Origin: Deltaproteobacteria bacterium
Lineage (GTDB): Bacteria > Desulfobacterota > Syntrophia > Syntrophales > Smithellaceae
Reading direction: 5' to 3'
DNA length: 37,735 nt
NCBI GenBank assembly: GCA_037133255.1
Contig: JBAXON010000003.1
Location: forward strand, 1 to 37,735
The notes under the pieces were generated by a model. It was not told where the DNA came from, ran no database searches, and saw only the letters and a list, made by a program, of their open reading frames with translations. This document shows positions 1 to 10,240 of this stretch, piece after piece (position 1 is the first letter of the stretch; every line of letters starts with the position of its first letter). A program made the translations under genes and the position numbers.

Positions 1-88
1 TACTTTTTTTGTATCCGAGGCGGGAATAGATTTTCGCGTAAGGGGGATTAAGAAATATGTTTCCCAAAATAATTAGAGAATCGGGCAT
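1..88 (-). CDS. 5' part of a CDS running off the window (MPDSLIILGNIFLNPPYAKIYSRLGYKKS...), possibly a methionine synthase activation-domain-like protein
   Basis: Manually translated open frame from ATG at 88 to the window edge, directly downstream of the receiver gene. The IYxRLGY start resembles that family, which is a weak basis. Confidence 0.45.
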   Translation of the reverse strand, partial: MPDSLIILGNIFLNPPYAKIYSRLGYKKS

Positions 89-131
89 ATAAGGTTCAAC
101 TTTTCTTAATGGGTTTTGGAAGACTTCAACT

Positions 132-548
132 TCAAAACTTTATTTTGTCGGGGCGTTTTTTCCAGCGCTTCAGCCGGTCAAAAGCTTCCGCTACCAAGTT
201 CAGCAACATATCCATATCCAGTGGTTTTTCAAAGTAATCATCAAACCCGGCTTCGCGGCATTCTTCTATTTCAAAAAGGGGCGCCCATCCGGTCATGGCG
301 TAAATTATAGCAATCTGTTTTGTCTCGCGGATTTGACGACACAGTTCAATTCCGTTCATGCCGAAAAGTTTTAAATCCAGAAAAATAACATCAATATCGT
401 CGAGGTTTAAAATAACATCCTGCAGAATTTTCAGCGCGTCTTTTCCGCCTTCAGCGGTAATCACTTCATAGCCCGCCTCGATAAAAACAGAGCAAAATAA
501 TTCACGAACAGAAACATCATCATCAACTACCAGTATTTTCCCTTTCAA
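132..548 (-). CDS. Single-domain response regulator (CheY-like receiver)
   Basis: ILVVDDD acidic pocket, phospho-acceptor FLDLKL, MTG and EKP motifs; no output domain. Confidence 0.9.
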   Translation of the reverse strand: MKGKILVVDDDVSVRELFCSVFIEAGYEVITAEGGKDALKILQDVILNLDDIDVIFLDLKLFGMNGIELCRQIRETKQIAIIYAMTGWAPLFEIEECREAGFDDYFEKPLDMDMLLNLVAEAFDRLKRWKKRPDKIKF

Positions 549-570
549 GGTTCCATCCTTTCGGTTAATG

Positions 571-1665
571 TTAGTTTATTAATTGCTCCAGTTTTTTTAA
601 TGTCTTGCTGCCCATTTCGTCTGTGCCGACGAGCTTATTGCCTTCGGCATAAATATCCTGCGTCCGGAAACCATCTTTTAAAACTTCCGCCACGGCTTTT
701 TCCACTAAGTTTGCCTCATCGGGCATGGCCAGCGTATAGCGCAACATCAGTCCTACTGATAAAATTGTTGCCAGCGGATTGGCTATATTTTTCCCGGCTA
801 TGTCCGGCGCGGAGCCGTGTATCGGTTCAAAAAGCGCCTTATCTTTGCCCAGAGATGCCGATGGAAGCATGCCGATGGAGCCGGTCAGCATGGCCGCTTC
901 ATCGCTTAATATATCGCCGAATAAATTGGTTGTGACAATTACATCGAACTGCTTGGGATTTCGGATAAGCTGCATCGCGCAATTATCAACGTACATGTGC
1001 TTTAAAGTCACCTCCGGATAATTCCTGCCGACTTCCGTAACCACGGTGCGCCACAGTTCAGTTGATTCCAGAACATTGGCTTTGTCCACCGAAAGAAGAT
1101 TTTTCTTTCTGCCGCGGGCAATTTCAAAAGCGGAAGTAGCGATCCTGACGATTTCATCTTCGGTATAGACCATTGTGTTTATACCTTTGCGCTTGCCGTC
1201 CTTCTCTTTTGTTACCCCGCGTGGCACACCGAAATAAACATCGCCGGTCAGTTCGCGAACAATCATGATATCGATGCCCTGCACGACACTTTTTTTGAGT
1301 GGAGAGGCATCCAAAAGCTCGTCAAATACTGTGACGGGCCGCAAATTAGCATAAAGGCCTAATTTTTCCCGCAGGCCCAGAAGCGCCCTCTCTGGCCGCA
1401 AACTGTAATCCAGATCTTCCCATTTCGGGCCGCCCACAGCGCCCAAAAGAACAGCATCACTTTGAAGTGCCAGATCAAGACTTTGCTGCGGCAGCGGAAC
1501 ACCAAAACGATCGTAGGCGCTACCACCTACATATCCTTCCGATAAGGATATGTTAATTTTCCTTTTATCGGAAATCAATTTTAAAACCTTTAATGCCTCG
1601 TTCATGATTTCCGGGCCGACACCGTCACCGGCAAAAACGGCTATTTTAAAATTATCCTTTTTCAT
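571..1665 (-). CDS. leuB: 3-isopropylmalate dehydrogenase
   Basis: [27 protein letters not shown] and [12 protein letters not shown] motifs. Start moved to ATG 1665, which has a GGAG RBS; the longer ORF begins inside a repeat element. Confidence 0.97.
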   Translation of the reverse strand: MKKDNFKIAVFAGDGVGPEIMNEALKVLKLISDKRKINISLSEGYVGGSAYDRFGVPLPQQSLDLALQSDAVLLGAVGGPKWEDLDYSLRPERALLGLREKLGLYANLRPVTVFDELLDASPLKKSVVQGIDIMIVRELTGDVYFGVPRGVTKEKDGKRKGINTMVYTEDEIVRIATSAFEIARGRKKNLLSVDKANVLESTELWRTVVTEVGRNYPEVTLKHMYVDNCAMQLIRNPKQFDVIVTTNLFGDILSDEAAMLTGSIGMLPSASLGKDKALFEPIHGSAPDIAGKNIANPLATILSVGLMLRYTLAMPDEANLVEKAVAEVLKDGFRTQDIYAEGNKLVGTDEMGSKTLKKLEQLIN

Positions 1666-1681
1666 TGTTGAAACTCCAATT

Positions 1682-1817
1682 TTAATGAGACCCAAGCTTC
1701 AGAAACAAAGTGCCCTGAAGCTTGTAGGTCGAATTATCCCGCGAAGCGGAGGGTATGATACCCAGTAGCTTGCTACAAAATATTTTTAAAACTTTATTTA
1801 GGGTTCATACCCGCGAT
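1682..1817 (+). repeat. Structured dispersed repeat, copy 1 (long form; tail overlaps the leuD 3' end)
   Basis: TTAATGA-GACC-[CAAGCTTCAG/CTGAAGCTTG]-TA-GGTC-GAATTATCC, then CGCGAAGCGGAGGGTATGA...ATACCCGCGAT, shared with 7843-7950. Confidence 0.85.
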
Positions 1818-2309
1818 GTTTACTCGTTTCCCGGCAAGATGCTTCATCAAACCTCCATCGGCAATTAATTGTTCCATAAATGGCGGAATGGGATTAATGC
1901 GAAATGTTTTATTCTTTGAGACCAGAGTTATAGTTCCCGCGACACTGTCCACAGTTATTTCTTCGCCTTCCTGTACTGCTTCATACAATTCTTGAGATTC
2001 AAAGATGGGCAGACCCATGTTAAAGGCGTTGCGATAAAAAATGCGGGCAAAGCTTTTGGCTATCACGCAGGAAATGCCCGCCGCCTTGATGGCAATGGGC
2101 GCGTGCTCGCGTGAAGACCCGCAGCCGAAGTTTTCTCCTCCCAAAATAATGTCACCTGCCTTAATCTTCGTGACAAATTGGGGATCAGCATCTTCCATAC
2201 AATGGGCGGCAAGTTCCTGCGGATCGGAGGTTGTTAAGTAGCGCGCCGGAATGATGGCATCGGTATCAATGTTATTTCCAAATTTCCAGACTTTTCCTTG
2301 AAATATCAT
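1794..2309 (-). CDS. leuD: 3-isopropylmalate dehydratase small subunit
   Basis: NIDTDAIIPARYL, NFGCGSSREHA and SFARIFYRNAFN motifs; located in the leu cluster. Confidence 0.96.
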   Translation of the reverse strand: MIFQGKVWKFGNNIDTDAIIPARYLTTSDPQELAAHCMEDADPQFVTKIKAGDIILGGENFGCGSSREHAPIAIKAAGISCVIAKSFARIFYRNAFNMGLPIFESQELYEAVQEGEEITVDSVAGTITLVSKNKTFRINPIPPFMEQLIADGGLMKHLAGKRVNIAGMNPK

Positions 2310-2320
2310 TTTTTAAATCC

Positions 2321-2400
2321 TTAATGAAACTCCAATCGCGAAAGCGAAGCGCATCGGGATTGGTTAGTTGAATTATCCAACGTGCGAAGCAACGTTGGGT
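2321..2400 (+). repeat. Structured dispersed repeat, copy 2
   Basis: TTAATGA-AACT-[CCAATCGCGA/TCGGGATTGG]-TT-AGTT-GAATTATCC, then hairpin CCAACGT-GCGAAGC-A-ACGTTGG. Confidence 0.85.
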
Positions 2401-2410
2401 TGGTACCTTA

Positions 2411-3670
2411 TTACAGTTCCTCAGGCGATGCAATCCTGCCCAACACAGCGGATGCTGCCGCGACCGCCGGGCTTGCCAGATAGACTTCGCTTTTGGGATG
2501 ACCCATGCGGCCGACAAAGTTGCGGTTTGTTGTGGCAATTGCTTTTTCACCTTCCGCCAGAATCCCCAAATGTCCGCCCAGACAGGCGCCGCATGATGGC
2601 GGGCTGATGACCGCGCCGGCATTAAGAAATATTTCGAGCAATCCTTCCTGCAGGGCTTGCTTGTAAATAAATGGCGTTGCCGGCACAACGATTAATCTTA
2701 CACCGGATGCGGCTTTATGCTTTTTAAAAATTTGCGCCGCGATTCTTAAATCTTCAATCCGACCGTTGGTGCACGAGCCGATAAGAGACTGATCAATTTT
2801 CACAATGCCTGCATGACTTATACCTTTGACATTGGATGGCAAATGAGGGAAGGCCACCTGCGGTTCAAGCTTGCTTGCGTCAATTTCAATAATACCCTCA
2901 TAGACAGCATTCGCATCGGATTCATAAAATTTATAAGGACGCTTTGCCCGGCCTTCGACGTAATCTTTAGTAATTGCGTCAGGTGCGAAAATGCCGTTTT
3001 TAGCCCCGGCTTCAATGGCCATATTCGCCATGGAAAGCCTGTCGGCCATAGGCAAGTTGCTGATAGTATCACCGGTAAATTCCATTGCTTTGTGTAGCGC
3101 ACCATCAACACCGATTCGCCCGATGATGTTTAAGATCAAATCTTTTCCCGAAACCCATTTGGGCATTTTACCGGTAATGATAAATTTCATCGACTGCGGC
3201 ACTTTGAACCAGAGCTCTCCTGTCAGCATAACCGCGGCAAGATCCGTGCTGCCAACGCCTGTAGCAAAAGCGCCTAAGGCGCCGTAAGTGCAGGTGTGGC
3301 TATCCGCACCGATTATCAGATCACCGGGAAGGACAATGCCGCGCTCCGGCAGCAGGGCGTGTTCAATCCCCACCTGCCCGCCCTCAAAAAAATGAGTTAT
3401 CTGCTGCTCAACGGCGAACTGCCGAATAAACTTGCATTGCTGGGCGGAGCTAATGTCTTTATTCGGCGTGAAATGATCGAGAACTAAAGCAACCTTGTCT
3501 TTATCAAAGACTTTCAGGCCTCCCGCTTTTCTAAATTCTTTGATTGCTATTGGCGATGTAATATCGTTACCTAAAGCTATATCCACTTTGGCGTTGATCA
3601 ACTGGCCAGGCGATATTTCTTTAAGGCCGGCATGAGCCATCAAAATCTTTTCGGTGATAGGATATCCCAC
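2411..3670 (-). CDS. leuC: 3-isopropylmalate dehydratase large subunit (LeuC type 2/HacA family)
   Basis: [29 protein letters not shown] (4Fe-4S Cys ligands) and [10 protein letters not shown] motifs. Confidence 0.96.
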   Translation of the reverse strand: MGYPITEKILMAHAGLKEISPGQLINAKVDIALGNDITSPIAIKEFRKAGGLKVFDKDKVALVLDHFTPNKDISSAQQCKFIRQFAVEQQITHFFEGGQVGIEHALLPERGIVLPGDLIIGADSHTCTYGALGAFATGVGSTDLAAVMLTGELWFKVPQSMKFIITGKMPKWVSGKDLILNIIGRIGVDGALHKAMEFTGDTISNLPMADRLSMANMAIEAGAKNGIFAPDAITKDYVEGRAKRPYKFYESDANAVYEGIIEIDASKLEPQVAFPHLPSNVKGISHAGIVKIDQSLIGSCTNGRIEDLRIAAQIFKKHKAASGVRLIVVPATPFIYKQALQEGLLEIFLNAGAVISPPSCGACLGGHLGILAEGEKAIATTNRNFVGRMGHPKSEVYLASPAVAAASAVLGRIASPEEL

Positions 3671-3722
3671 TATTATACTCCTTGTTCCAAGGGTGAAATT
3701 GTTCTTATAATGTTTTTAATGT

Positions 3723-5267
3723 TTATTCAACCCTAACCTTTTTGGCGTTATCTTTCAAAAATTCCAGCCGGTTGAGGGCATTGATATAAGCTTTTGCTGA
3801 AGCAACAATAACATCGGGATGAGCGCCGCGCCCGGCAACGGGATGACCGTTATATTTAAGCTGGACTGTTACTTCGCCCTGTGCGTCAGAGCCGCCGGTG
3901 ATGGCGTTCACCGCGTATTTCAGTAGCGGATAATTGGTTTTGGTAATGCTGCGGATCGCCTCAAATGTCGCATCCACCGGGCCGTTGCCGAAACCGGCCG
4001 CGCGCACCAGATCTTTTCCCACCTGCATTTCCATTGTCGCCGTAGGAATGGCCACATTGCCGCTGACCACATTCAGATAAACCAGGTTATATTTATCCTC
4101 AACGCGGTACACTTCTTCATACAGAATGGCTTCCAGATCTTCATCATAAATGTCCTTCTTAATATCGGCAAGCGTTTTAACCCTGGCGGCAACCTTGCTT
4201 ACCTGCTCATCACTGAGGATGTAACCCATTTTTTTCAAGTGATGAGAAATGGCGTTGCGCCCGGAGTGCTTACCAAGAACGATATGCGTATCGCTGATGC
4301 CGACGGATTGTGGTGTCATAATCTCATAGGTACTTTTTTCCTTAATCATGCCGTCCTGGTGAATGCCTGATTCATGAGCAAAGGCGTTCGCGCCGACGAT
4401 TGCCTTGTTGGGCTGCACCTGTATGCCTGTAATCTGGCTCAACTGGCGCGATGTTTTATAAATCTGATCGGTCTTGATTTTTGTATAGAGGCCGTACATG
4501 TCTTTGCGCGTCTGCAAAGCCATGACAACCTCTTCCATCGCCGTGTTTCCGGCTCGTTCGCCGATGCCGTTGATGGTGCATTCCACCTGCCTTGCCCCGT
4601 TTCGAATCGCGGCCAGAGAATTGGCCACCGCCAGCCCCAGATCGTTATGACAATGGACGGAGATAATCGTGTCGCCCATGTTTTTGACATGGGTAAAAAG
4701 ATACGCAATCAGCCTGCCAAATTCTTCCGGGATGGTGTAGCCGACGGTATCGGGGATGTTGACGGTGCAAGCTCCCGCGTCGATTACTGCCGATACCATT
4801 TCCACCAGATAATCTTTATCTGAACGAGTGGCATCCATCGGCGAAAATTCTACATTTCCCGTATGAGAGCAGGCATACTTAACCGCGGCTACCGCTTCTT
4901 GAAGCACCTGCTCCCGACTTTTTTTGAGCTGATACTTCAAATGAATATCCGATGAGGAGATGAATGTGTGAATACGCGGATAGGCGGCATGTTTGATGGC
5001 CTGCCAGGCGCGGTCAATGTCTCCTTTATTGGCACGGGCAAGGCCTGCCACCTGCGATTTTTTAACCTCTCTGGCGATTTGCTTTACCGCGTCAAAATCT
5101 CCATCGGAAGCGATGGGAAATCCCGCCTCAATAATATCAACACCAAGTTTTTCGAGTTGCCTCGCGAGAATCAACTTTTCTTCCGTGTTCATGCTGGAAC
5201 CGGGCGATTGTTCGCCGTCTCTCAGCGTCGTATCGAAAATATATACCCGATTTTTTTCCTTCTTCAT
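3723..5267 (-). CDS. leuA: 2-isopropylmalate synthase
   Basis: [33 protein letters not shown] motifs and C-terminal regulatory domain (GNGPVDA). Confidence 0.97.
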   Translation of the reverse strand: MKKEKNRVYIFDTTLRDGEQSPGSSMNTEEKLILARQLEKLGVDIIEAGFPIASDGDFDAVKQIAREVKKSQVAGLARANKGDIDRAWQAIKHAAYPRIHTFISSSDIHLKYQLKKSREQVLQEAVAAVKYACSHTGNVEFSPMDATRSDKDYLVEMVSAVIDAGACTVNIPDTVGYTIPEEFGRLIAYLFTHVKNMGDTIISVHCHNDLGLAVANSLAAIRNGARQVECTINGIGERAGNTAMEEVVMALQTRKDMYGLYTKIKTDQIYKTSRQLSQITGIQVQPNKAIVGANAFAHESGIHQDGMIKEKSTYEIMTPQSVGISDTHIVLGKHSGRNAISHHLKKMGYILSDEQVSKVAARVKTLADIKKDIYDEDLEAILYEEVYRVEDKYNLVYLNVVSGNVAIPTATMEMQVGKDLVRAAGFGNGPVDATFEAIRSITKTNYPLLKYAVNAITGGSDAQGEVTVQLKYNGHPVAGRGAHPDVIVASAKAYINALNRLEFLKDNAKKVRVE

Positions 5268-5345
5268 ATAAACGCCTCATTTTTTAATTTTGCCAAATAA
5301 AAAGTGCCGTCTTGATTTTACTGCCGTCTTTGTAATGCAATGGTC

Positions 5346-6317
5346 TTACTTGAAAAGTAGGACAAATTTTTCAAAAATGTCTTTATTAAAGTGCTCCATC
5401 ATTTCTTCTTTCATTATCTTTAACGCCTCAAAAGGTTCAAGTTTTATTTTATACGGTCTTTTCGAAATTAAAGCATCAAAGACATCGGCAACCGAACAGA
5501 TGCGGCCGTAAATATGAATTTCCTCCCCCCGCATCTTTTGCGGATATCCCATGCCATTTGCCCGCTCGTGGTGCTGCAAAACAATCAACCGGCTCTCTTC
5601 ATTAATTTGATTCGTTTCATTAAGGAGCTTAAACCCCAAATCGGGATGTTTGCGCATCTCGTTCATCTCCTCATCGGTAAGTTTTCCCGGTTTGTTAATA
5701 ATTGCTTCGTCTATATAGACCTTGCCTAAATCGTGCAGGAAAAACCCAGCGCCCAGGGCATGCATGTCGTGATTACCTGATTTGGGAAAAAGTGTTTTAG
5801 CCAGAGAAACAGCCAGAACGCCGACATTTACAGAATGCACATAAGTATTATAGTCATGGGTTGTCAGGTTCATCAGATAGTGATTTGTGGCATTATCGTC
5901 AAGAATTAAATCAACAACGCCGACTATGCCTTCCTTAAATTGTCCGATACTTTTTTCATCAGGATTATCAAATAGTTTGCTCACCATATTTACCGAATGC
6001 CAATGTACCATCTTTGCTTTTGTCTTTGGCGACATTTTTTTGTCGGCAATGACTTCTCTAAAGTGTTCAGGAACAATACCTGCTTTCTCAGAAAAGTCCT
6101 TTTCCGGCTGAACTAATTCCCGAAGAATATCAGTTGCGGCAATACCTTTCTCCACGTCAATATTGACATCGGTAATTCCAAAGTTAATGATTTTTGAAAT
6201 CTGCTTGTTTGTTGTTATAGTAAAACTATTGCGCAAAAAGGGATGGGCGCGCCAGGCATGAGGCAGGCTTACATACATACCTACCTTGATTTCTTTAGCT
6301 TTAATGGCTTTTATCAT
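5346..6317 (-). CDS. HD-GYP domain protein (putative c-di-GMP phosphodiesterase) with DUF3391-like N-terminus
   Basis: HSVNV, HDLGK, HHERANGMGYP and ADVFDALISKRPYK motifs; N-terminal IKVGMYV...W..HPF. Confidence 0.9.
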   Translation of the reverse strand: MIKAIKAKEIKVGMYVSLPHAWRAHPFLRNSFTITTNKQISKIINFGITDVNIDVEKGIAATDILRELVQPEKDFSEKAGIVPEHFREVIADKKMSPKTKAKMVHWHSVNMVSKLFDNPDEKSIGQFKEGIVGVVDLILDDNATNHYLMNLTTHDYNTYVHSVNVGVLAVSLAKTLFPKSGNHDMHALGAGFFLHDLGKVYIDEAIINKPGKLTDEEMNEMRKHPDLGFKLLNETNQINEESRLIVLQHHERANGMGYPQKMRGEEIHIYGRICSVADVFDALISKRPYKIKLEPFEALKIMKEEMMEHFNKDIFEKFVLLFK

Positions 6318-6455
6318 TATAGTTTTTCCATACTGAAAATTACTTAAAAACTAGCACAATAGATGCGCTTCCGCAAAGAATAAATCAAAAGAACAAGTCA
6401 AAGCTATTTTTCTGAAAATCATGGAATGTTTACAAATATTTATATGGAAACATCC

Positions 6456-6484
6456 TTGCCAGAGTTATAAAGTTTTGTTATGCT
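6456..6484 (+). promoter_or_regulatory. Sigma70-type promoter for paaK
   Basis: TTGCCA (6456-6461), 17-bp spacer, TATGCT (6479-6484), with extended -10 TG. Confidence 0.55.
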
Positions 6485-6543
6485 CACTCATAATCAATAA
6501 CAAATAGTTGCTGGCATCAGTAAAAAGCAAGGGAGGCGCTGCC

Positions 6544-7842
6544 ATGATTTATAATGAAGAATATGAGACATTGCCCCGCGAAGCCCTAAGGGCGCTGCAA
6601 GTCAAAAGACTACAACAGGTTTTGGAGCGCGTGTACCATTCGGTAGGATTTTATAAGAAATCGCTTGATGCCGCTAAAATCAAACCCCACGAGATAAAAG
6701 CAATTGCCGATATGGGTAAACTTCCTTTTATTACCAGGCAGAATTTGCGAGATAATTATCCCTTCGGCTTATTTGCTGTACCGATGAGCAACATTGTCCG
6801 GCTGCATGCTTCTTCCGGCACCAGTGGAAGATCCACAGTGTTTGGTTATACCAGGCGTGACATTGAAACGTGGTCAGAACTTATGGCTCGCAGTCTTGCT
6901 GCTGCAGGGATAACAAAAAATGACATTATTCATAATGCTTTTGAATACGGGTTGTTCACCGGTGGATTGGGGCTGCATTACGGCGCGGAAAAAATAGGGG
7001 CAAGCGTCATCCCCATGTCTGGCGGCAATTCCAAAAGGCAAATTATGATCCTGCAGGATTTCGGGCCGACGGCTATTTGCTGCACACCATCTTACGCTTT
7101 GCACCTGGCTGAAGAAGGCAAGGCTATGGGTGTTGATATGAAATCGCTGAAGCTGCGCGTGGGTATTTTTGGAGCCGAACCATGGAACAAAGCGATGAGC
7201 GACCAAATTGAAAATGCTTTCGGGATAACCGCGCTTAATCTTTTCGGCCTTTCGGAAGTTATCGGGCCGGGCATGGCGATGGAATGCCTGGAAGGGCGCA
7301 ACGGCATGCACATTTTTGAAGATCATTTCATTGTGGAAACAATTAATCCGCAAACAGGTGAAGCACTAAAGGAAGGTGAAGAGGGCGAGCTGGTTTTTAC
7401 CTCACTGACTAAAGAAGCCTTCCCGCTGATTCGCTACCGTTCCGGCGATGTATCGCGGCTTATTACAGAGCCCTGCCGCTGCGGCCGCACCCATATCAAG
7501 ATGGAAAGAGTCCTGAAAAGAAGTGACGATATGCTGATTATCCGTGGTGTGAATATCTTCCCTTCACAAATCGAGGCAATACTGGTTGAAATCGAAGGCC
7601 TTGAACCTCAGTATCAGTTAATTGTTGATAAAGCCGGAGCTCTGGACACACTGGAGCTGCATGTGGAAGTCAGCGACAAGATATTTAGTGATTCCGGCGG
7701 TGTTAAAGAATTACAAAAAATCGAAAAGAGAATCCTCAAGGACATGAAAGATTATCTGGGCATCGCACCCAATGTAAAGCTTGTTGAACCCAGCACATTG
7801 AAAAAAACCGATGCCAGAATTATTGATAAACGAATTATTTAA
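6544..7842 (+). CDS. paaK: Phenylacetate-CoA ligase family protein
   Basis: HASSGTSG P-loop, [24 protein letters not shown] and [17 protein letters not shown] motifs; ATG 6544 follows GGGAGG. Confidence 0.92.
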   Translation: MIYNEEYETLPREALRALQVKRLQQVLERVYHSVGFYKKSLDAAKIKPHEIKAIADMGKLPFITRQNLRDNYPFGLFAVPMSNIVRLHASSGTSGRSTVFGYTRRDIETWSELMARSLAAAGITKNDIIHNAFEYGLFTGGLGLHYGAEKIGASVIPMSGGNSKRQIMILQDFGPTAICCTPSYALHLAEEGKAMGVDMKSLKLRVGIFGAEPWNKAMSDQIENAFGITALNLFGLSEVIGPGMAMECLEGRNGMHIFEDHFIVETINPQTGEALKEGEEGELVFTSLTKEAFPLIRYRSGDVSRLITEPCRCGRTHIKMERVLKRSDDMLIIRGVNIFPSQIEAILVEIEGLEPQYQLIVDKAGALDTLELHVEVSDKIFSDSGGVKELQKIEKRILKDMKDYLGIAPNVKLVEPSTLKKTDARIIDKRII

Positions 7843-7950
7843 TTAGTGAAATTCCAATTCCGCTTTGCTAGCGGAATTGGCCAATTGAACAATCCCGCGT
7901 AGCGGAGGGTATGAGATTTAGCAGCTTATTTTGGATTTTATACCCGCGAT
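7843..7950 (+). repeat. Structured dispersed repeat, copy 3 (long form)
   Basis: TTAGTGA-AATT-[CCAATTCCGC/GCGGAATTGG]-CC-AATT-GAACAATCC, then CGCGTAGCGGAGGGTATGA...ATACCCGCGAT. Confidence 0.85.
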
Positions 7951-7974
7951 TATTTATAAAGGAGGAGTTACCCG

Positions 7975-8406
7975 ATGAAGGTTGAACAAATATCCGTATT
8001 TTTAGAAAACAAACCCGGCTCTTTGGAGCACGCGACACGCGTCCTGCGCGATTCCAGCATTAACATTCGAACTCTGTCACTTGCGGAAACAGTCGATTTC
8101 GGCATTTTGCGCCTGATTGTCAACGATGTGGAAAAGGCCAACAAGGTGCTCAAAGACGCAGGCTTCCGCGTCAGCAAAACAATTGTCGTCGCGGTGGAAG
8201 TCCCCGACAAACCGGGCGGATTGCACAGCATTATGGAAGTTCTATCCAAAGAGGCCATCAACGTGGAATATCTTTATGCCTTTGTAGAAAAAAGCGGCCA
8301 AAACGCGGTAATCATCTTCCGCTTTGATGCTCCGGAAAAAGCCATAGAAGTGTTACTCGCGCATAAGTTCACGGTAGTGCCGGGGGCACAGTTGTATGAA
8401 TTTTAG
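7975..8406 (+). CDS. Tandem ACT-domain protein (commonly adjacent to paaK in anaerobes)
   Basis: [11 protein letters not shown] and [13 protein letters not shown] repeats; AGGAGG RBS. Confidence 0.9.
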   Translation: MKVEQISVFLENKPGSLEHATRVLRDSSINIRTLSLAETVDFGILRLIVNDVEKANKVLKDAGFRVSKTIVVAVEVPDKPGGLHSIMEVLSKEAINVEYLYAFVEKSGQNAVIIFRFDAPEKAIEVLLAHKFTVVPGAQLYEF

Positions 8407-8640
8407 TGAGACTCGAACTTCAAAAGCATAGCGAATTGAAGTTCGTTAGTCGAACTATCCCCGTAGCGCAGCGAAGAGGGATGTGAGAACCATTTTCAGA
8501 AGCGTAACGCACTGAAACCTGCTGGTGGAACTATCCCCGAAGCGAAGTACCCTGAAGGGCATCTGCGACAAATTGAAGTTCGTTAGTCGAATTATCCAGC
8601 ATTAAGAGGCGTATACTACCAAGCAGCTTGTCGTGGAATA
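8403..8640 (+). repeat. Cluster of structured repeats: copy 4 (8403-8482), degenerate copy 5 (~8483-8563), partial copy 6 (8571-8597) and tail
   Basis: TTAGTGA-GACT-[CGAACTTCAA/TTGAAGTTCG]-TT-AGTC-GAACTATCC; 8571-8597 matches 8434-8460 at 26 of 27 nt. Confidence 0.8.
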
Positions 8641-8928
8641 TGTTTCCAAAACTTGCTTTGAAGTCTGTACATTTTATTTTCGCAACTTGTAAAACTATAA
8701 TTCTTAACTATTGTTCAACTGGGTGTTAATACAATAGTCCTCAATACTCACAATAATATTTTCATTGGAAATTCAGTAAAGATTGTGGTTTATATATCAA
8801 AGTGTAGAAGTTTTCGGAAGGATGATTTGCTTAACTGGATGTTTCAAAGGCATAAAAGAGCAAATGCTTGAGGCAAAAATGATTGTTGGCGAAAAGACCG
8901 TGAGGCTTATCTTTTAAGGAGGAGGGGA

Positions 8929-10215
8929 ATGAATTACGACGTTTTTGTAAGTTATTGTTCAGAAGATAGAAAAATTGCCGATGCACTTGTTCATCATTTG
9001 GAGGGAAAAGAAATCAGATGCTGGATAGATCATAGAGATTTATTGCCGGGATTTAACTGGAGAGATGGCATAATAGAAGCACTTGAGGGCAATCCCGGAA
9101 TCGCTATGGTATTGCTCTTCTCTTCGGCATCAAACAAATCCAGACAGGTTATAAAAGAAATTTCCATGGCCGATGAGGAGAATATTTTAGTGATCCCTGT
9201 CCGAATTGAAAATATACTGCCGGAGGGCGCAATCAAGCTTGAACTTCAAGGAAGACACTGGCTGGATGCTTTTGAGGGAAAAGAAGACCGCATAGAAAAA
9301 GCTGCTGAACGTATAAATCAAACACTAACACGTTATAGCGAGAAAATATCTCTAAAACAGGATTCAGTTCCTAAATCAAAAGCTTCACGGCCTGCGGAAA
9401 AAGAATTAGCACCAGCGACACATGATGCAGTGGCACCAGTGAATACAGTCTCCGCCAGCAATGCGCCTGAAAATGTTCCTAAAATAAAGCCCATCAAACC
9501 GTCTGTAGATTCATCTCCTTCAGCATTTAGCCAGCTTCATGAAAAAATAGGCAGGAAATGGCAAAATGCCAATAAGAAGGCCATATTCATTGTCGCTTCG
9601 GTGATTTTTGTCATAATTGTAGTTGCCGATGTATTTATTTTTATTCCTGCGGCAAAAGACCAGTTATTACTGCTGAAAGGTAAGTTGCCGTTTTTAAGAG
9701 AGTCAACCGAAGCCATAAGCGAGAATACGGAAGCTGTAAGCGAGAATACAGAGGCCGAACAAGCGGCGGAGCAAAAAGCCGAGATCAAACCCAATGTTGC
9801 GTCTCTCAGGGCCAGTGAAGTTGATTTTATATTTGTCGGCATACGAATAGAGGGAAGCGACGTCACCTTGACAATCAGGATACGCAATAATTCTAAGAAG
9901 GAGAAGAGTGTTGCCCTGTATGATATTACCAAGAAATCATGGGTGAGATCCAAATTGATCGACAAGATGGGGAAGGGCTACGAAGTTGGTGGCGTGAATT
10001 TTTCCAAAGGCGGGAAGAAGATTACAAGTAAAGATGCCGGAACCAAGGGAGTTGTCATAAAACCGCATGAGGCTGTCAGCGCTTCTCTCCATTTCAAGAA
10101 AGTCGGTAATGACGTTACTTTGATCAACCTTCATCCGTTTATATACACGAGTGGTTTGATTGGGAGTAATTATACTGAGCATGACCTGCCATTGATTTTT
10201 GGTGTTACTCAATGA
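8929..10215 (+). CDS. TIR-domain protein with one transmembrane helix and a C-terminal extracytoplasmic beta-rich domain
   Basis: YDVFVSY box 1, CWID..D...G, SxxS..VIKEI (Glu at the catalytic position), VIPVRIE; hydrophobic segment AIFIVASVIFVIIVVADVFIFIPAA; strong AGGAGG RBS. Confidence 0.88.
   Translation: MNYDVFVSYCSEDRKIADALVHHLEGKEIRCWIDHRDLLPGFNWRDGIIEALEGNPGIAMVLLFSSASNKSRQVIKEISMADEENILVIPVRIENILPEGAIKLELQGRHWLDAFEGKEDRIEKAAERINQTLTRYSEKISLKQDSVPKSKASRPAEKELAPATHDAVAPVNTVSASNAPENVPKIKPIKPSVDSSPSAFSQLHEKIGRKWQNANKKAIFIVASVIFVIIVVADVFIFIPAAKDQLLLLKGKLPFLRESTEAISENTEAVSENTEAEQAAEQKAEIKPNVASLRASEVDFIFVGIRIEGSDVTLTIRIRNNSKKEKSVALYDITKKSWVRSKLIDKMGKGYEVGGVNFSKGGKKITSKDAGTKGVVIKPHEAVSASLHFKKVGNDVTLINLHPFIYTSGLIGSNYTEHDLPLIFGVTQ
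9709..9750 (+). repeat. 21-bp tandem duplication encoding EAISENT-EAVSENT
   Basis: GAAGCCATAAGCGAGAATACG / GAAGCTGTAAGCGAGAATACA. Confidence 0.8.
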
Positions 10216-10240
10216 TCACGGGAAAGCCCAAAACAAAAAC

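Noticed and set aside
1682-1740. Resemblance of the structured repeat (TGA-stem-GAA) to a hammerhead ribozyme core
   Set aside because: Copies read UUARUGA...GAAY rather than CUGANGA...GAAA, and no stem I/III with an NUH cleavage site is evident.
5268-5345. Leucine attenuator or leader peptide upstream of leuA; TGCCGTCTT direct repeat at 5305 and 5322
   Set aside because: No Leu-rich leader ORF or terminator/antiterminator seen; a 9-bp repeat alone is too weak.
8403-8640. Possible CRISPR array
   Set aside because: Units are divergent, long and irregularly spaced, with no identical repeats and unique spacers, and no cas genes.
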